A stretch of DNA of 64,000 nucleotides, taken from the NCBI GenBank assembly GCA_028534125.1, contig CM052816.1, positions 92,940,001-93,004,000 of the forward strand, given 5' to 3'. Shown in pieces: positions 61,481-64,000 of the stretch. The first letter of the stretch is position 1, and each line of letters begins with the position of its first letter. The translations under genes were made by a program, and so were the position numbers. This DNA comes from Lama glama (Eukaryota). The notes beneath the pieces are model-generated. The model was not told the origin of the DNA and ran no database searches. It saw nothing but the letters and a program-made list of their open reading frames with translations.

Positions 61481-62688
61481 ACTGTCCCCATTTTTCAGAT
61501 GAGGAAACCAAGACACAGAGGGGCCATGTCTTGCTGCGGGTCAGACAGCTCTGAGGCTAAAGGCTGGAAGACAGGGCAGCCTCATTGGTCATTGTACCCC
61601 TGGTTTAGCTCAGGATAGGTGCTCAGTAAATATTACAGAACAGCAATCAAGACAATTCAGCAACTGCTAAGGAGTGCCTAGAACCTTCGCAGGTGTCGTT
61701 AGGAGCTCAAGAAAGAACAAGCTAAACTCTAACAACATATGCTAACTGTTCATGCTGGTAAATCACTCTAAATACATAGGAGACGCCCGTCCTGACTCCC
61801 CCACCAGGCTCTATGGGGGGTCTGTTTAATTCCTCTGGGAGGGTAATGTGAACCGTCTAACTTGTGAAGATTTCTCATTAAACAACTATTTGCCTAATTG
61901 GGGTAAATCCGCTAAATGCTAATTAGTATCTTCCAAAGAGTAAAAATAGATCTCTAATCACTGACATTATTGCTGAGCAGAGAGAGCACCAGGGGACTGT
62001 GTTTTCAGAGCCTCCGTCTTATTTAATGTTTTACAGAGTCCGGACAAAACCCACATGCCAGTTGCATGGCAGTAGCTGACACGCAGCTGAGATGCTTGAA
62101 TGTGGCTGAATCCAGAGAAACTCAGTTGTTAGTGGCTGTAATTGTGCTTGTGCAACTCTGACAAAGGATTTCCTCCACAGTTAGGTGGCTAGACTCATGC
62201 TAATGAAATTCAGGGGACAGCTGAAGACAACGAGGCGAAGTGAGAATGACCACAGTCATGGTGAGTAGTTACTCTCGCCACATACTGGGACTTGGGGACG
62301 GGCTTTGGCAGATGGCACTATTGGACTCCTGTGCCCTCCTTCCGTAGGATTCCTGAGAGATGGTTCTGTGACAGCTGACACTGCCAGCTGATCTTACATA
62401 TGAGACTCCTGGCCTCGCTGGTCTAAAATTAAAATGCTTCTTTTGCCTGTTACTGACACAGATGTTCTGAAACATCTTGGGCATGACTTAGGATACTCCA
62501 ATGAAACTGGCTCAAATGGAGAGGAGAAGGTGGTTGGGGTCAGCACCTCAGAGATGTCACCAGGGGCCCCCAACTTCTCTCAGATTTCTACTCTGCCATC
62601 CTGAGCATGTTGGCTTATCTCCTCAGCTTTGTCCTTTCAAAGTATGAGATATTTCTCCATAAAACTGTATCTGGGTACAGAGAAGTGG

Positions 62689-63050
62689 CATTATTTTGGG
62701 CTCCCTGAAAAGCAGAGCCTGACAGTATTTATTTGGGAGCTGGTCCAGGCAGCAGGAGTGAGGGGGACAGGGGACATGAGACTGGCAAGGAGGAAAAACC
62801 AACACGAGGTTGTGCCACTGAGCTGCCTGCTGTGAGCTCCATGGGGCTCAGGTCTGCTGGGACCTCCTGGGAAATACACAGAGTGTGGCCAGGACTGCCC
62901 ACCTGGAAGACAAGGCTCCTGGAATCTTCATCCGCGGCTCTGTTCCCCAGTGGCTGGGAGGTCTGTGAATGCAGGTGTGTGCGGGGGCAGGAGCCGCAGA
63001 GGAGACTCAAACGCCAAGATGTAAAGAAGCTCAGTGTGTGGGCTGTCAGC
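62689..63050 (-). mobile_element. ERVL LTR16-family remnant
   Basis: gggctccctgaaaagcagagcctga...tttatttgggag...aggaaaaaccaacac. Confidence 0.55.
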
Positions 63051-63086
63051 TCAGGGTGAGGATGAGCATTTAAGAACGCCCACCAT

Positions 63087-63542
63087 TGTGGTGCTAGGCC
63101 TGAAACTGAGGTTCAGTAGTACATGCTGCTTCGATATCTGAAGCTGGGAGAGCTGGTTCTTCTCCCCACCCTGTTGCCACAGATCAGGTCCGCTAGCCAA
63201 ACCACCCTCCTTGTCCCAGGACCAGGCCGGGCTGCTGCTTATCCCTGAGTAAAGGCTTGAGTTTCCTGCCAGGCCACGGAGTTATTCCAACAAGCCTATC
63301 CTAGTCTCCCGGGGGATCCAAGGGGCACCCACCCTTTTGGTGCTACAAACCCTGCCTCTATTCCTGAGTGGAGCCTGCGTGGCATGCTGTGTCCTCCCCC
63401 TTCCCCAGACGTGAGTGAATGTGACTATAAACTGCTGTTGATCTCATCTGTCCAGTGTTGGGTACTGGGTGTTCAGCCGCCCTGTAACCCTAGGGCAGGA
63501 CTCCCTCCCTCACCAATGGTTTGAAGGTCAGAAGATCAAACA
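63087..63542 (+). mobile_element. ERVL solo LTR (MER54/MER74-type)
   Basis: tgtggtgctaggcctgaaactgaggttcag...ctgcttatccctgagta...tgtgactataaactgctgttgatctcatctgtccagtg...aaaca. Confidence 0.6.
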
Positions 63543-63650
63543 GCCGTAACTAAGAACACCCATCACAGGGCGGGCCAAGGGATGTGCCACAAGGAACGAG
63601 AGGCACCTGCTACAAAGGGGGAAATAGGAAAATTCCCCTTTCTGGTCTCT

Positions 63651-63803
63651 CTCTCCCTTTTTCACTTGAAGTGTAGTCAGTTACAATGTGTCAATTTCTG
63701 GTGTGCAGCACAACGTCCCAGTCATGCATGTACGTACATGTACCCGTCTTCATATTCTTTTTCATTAAAGGTTATTACAAGATACTGAATATAGATCCCT
63801 GTG
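63651..63803 (-). mobile_element. Short young L1 3' tip with TSD
   Basis: ttgaagtgtagtcagttacaatgtgtcaatttctggtg...catattctttttcattaaaggttattacaagatactgaatatagatccctgtg matches the L1 end at 9268-9402; TSD tctggtctct at 63641-63650 / 63804-63813. Confidence 0.88.
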
Positions 63804-64000
63804 TCTGGTCTCTATTTATCAGGGTCAAGAATCTTTCCCAGAAGCTCCCAGTAGATGCCCATCATGTGTCACTGGACAGAACTCGGTCACCTGCCTCTCT
63901 CTGAATCAATTCCTGGCAAATGGTGATGTTATTATGATGACTAATGGAGGACCCATCACAGTTAGTCCCTGTGGTGGGGTGGGGCTCACTTCCCATGAGC
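63804..64000 (-). mobile_element. Old MaLR LTR (MLT1K-like) fragment
   Basis: ctttcccagaagctcccagtaga...tcactggacagaactcggtcacctgcc...tgaatcaattcctggcaa. Confidence 0.65.

Overview
Mammalian (eutherian) genomic DNA, most likely camelid. The basis is three copies of a short tRNA-Ala-like SINE resembling camelid Vic-1, cetartiodactyl-type young L1 3' ends, and no recognisable Alu, B1/B2, BovA/BovB or PRE-1. I could not support any protein-coding exon, true tRNA/rRNA gene or CpG-island promoter; the window reads as intergenic or deep intronic. A large share is interspersed repeat: old L1M/L2/MIR, MaLR and ERV solo LTRs, hAT and Tc1/mariner fossils, and several young L1/SINE insertions with readable target-site duplications (TSDs). 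The only ORFs with recognisable protein similarity are L1 ORF1/ORF2 remnants. I found no convincing new multi-gene biological system. The best leads are small: a ~175-bp poly(A)-tailed insertion of non-repeat sequence inside an old L1, a pair of MaLR fragments 12 kb apart with mosaic identity (about 70% then about 95%), an ~80-bp dispersed direct repeat, SINE tails with polyadenylation/terminator architecture, and several repeat-free blocks that may be conserved enhancers. Repeat family names come from my recall of consensus sequences, not from a search, and boundaries without a TSD are approximate.
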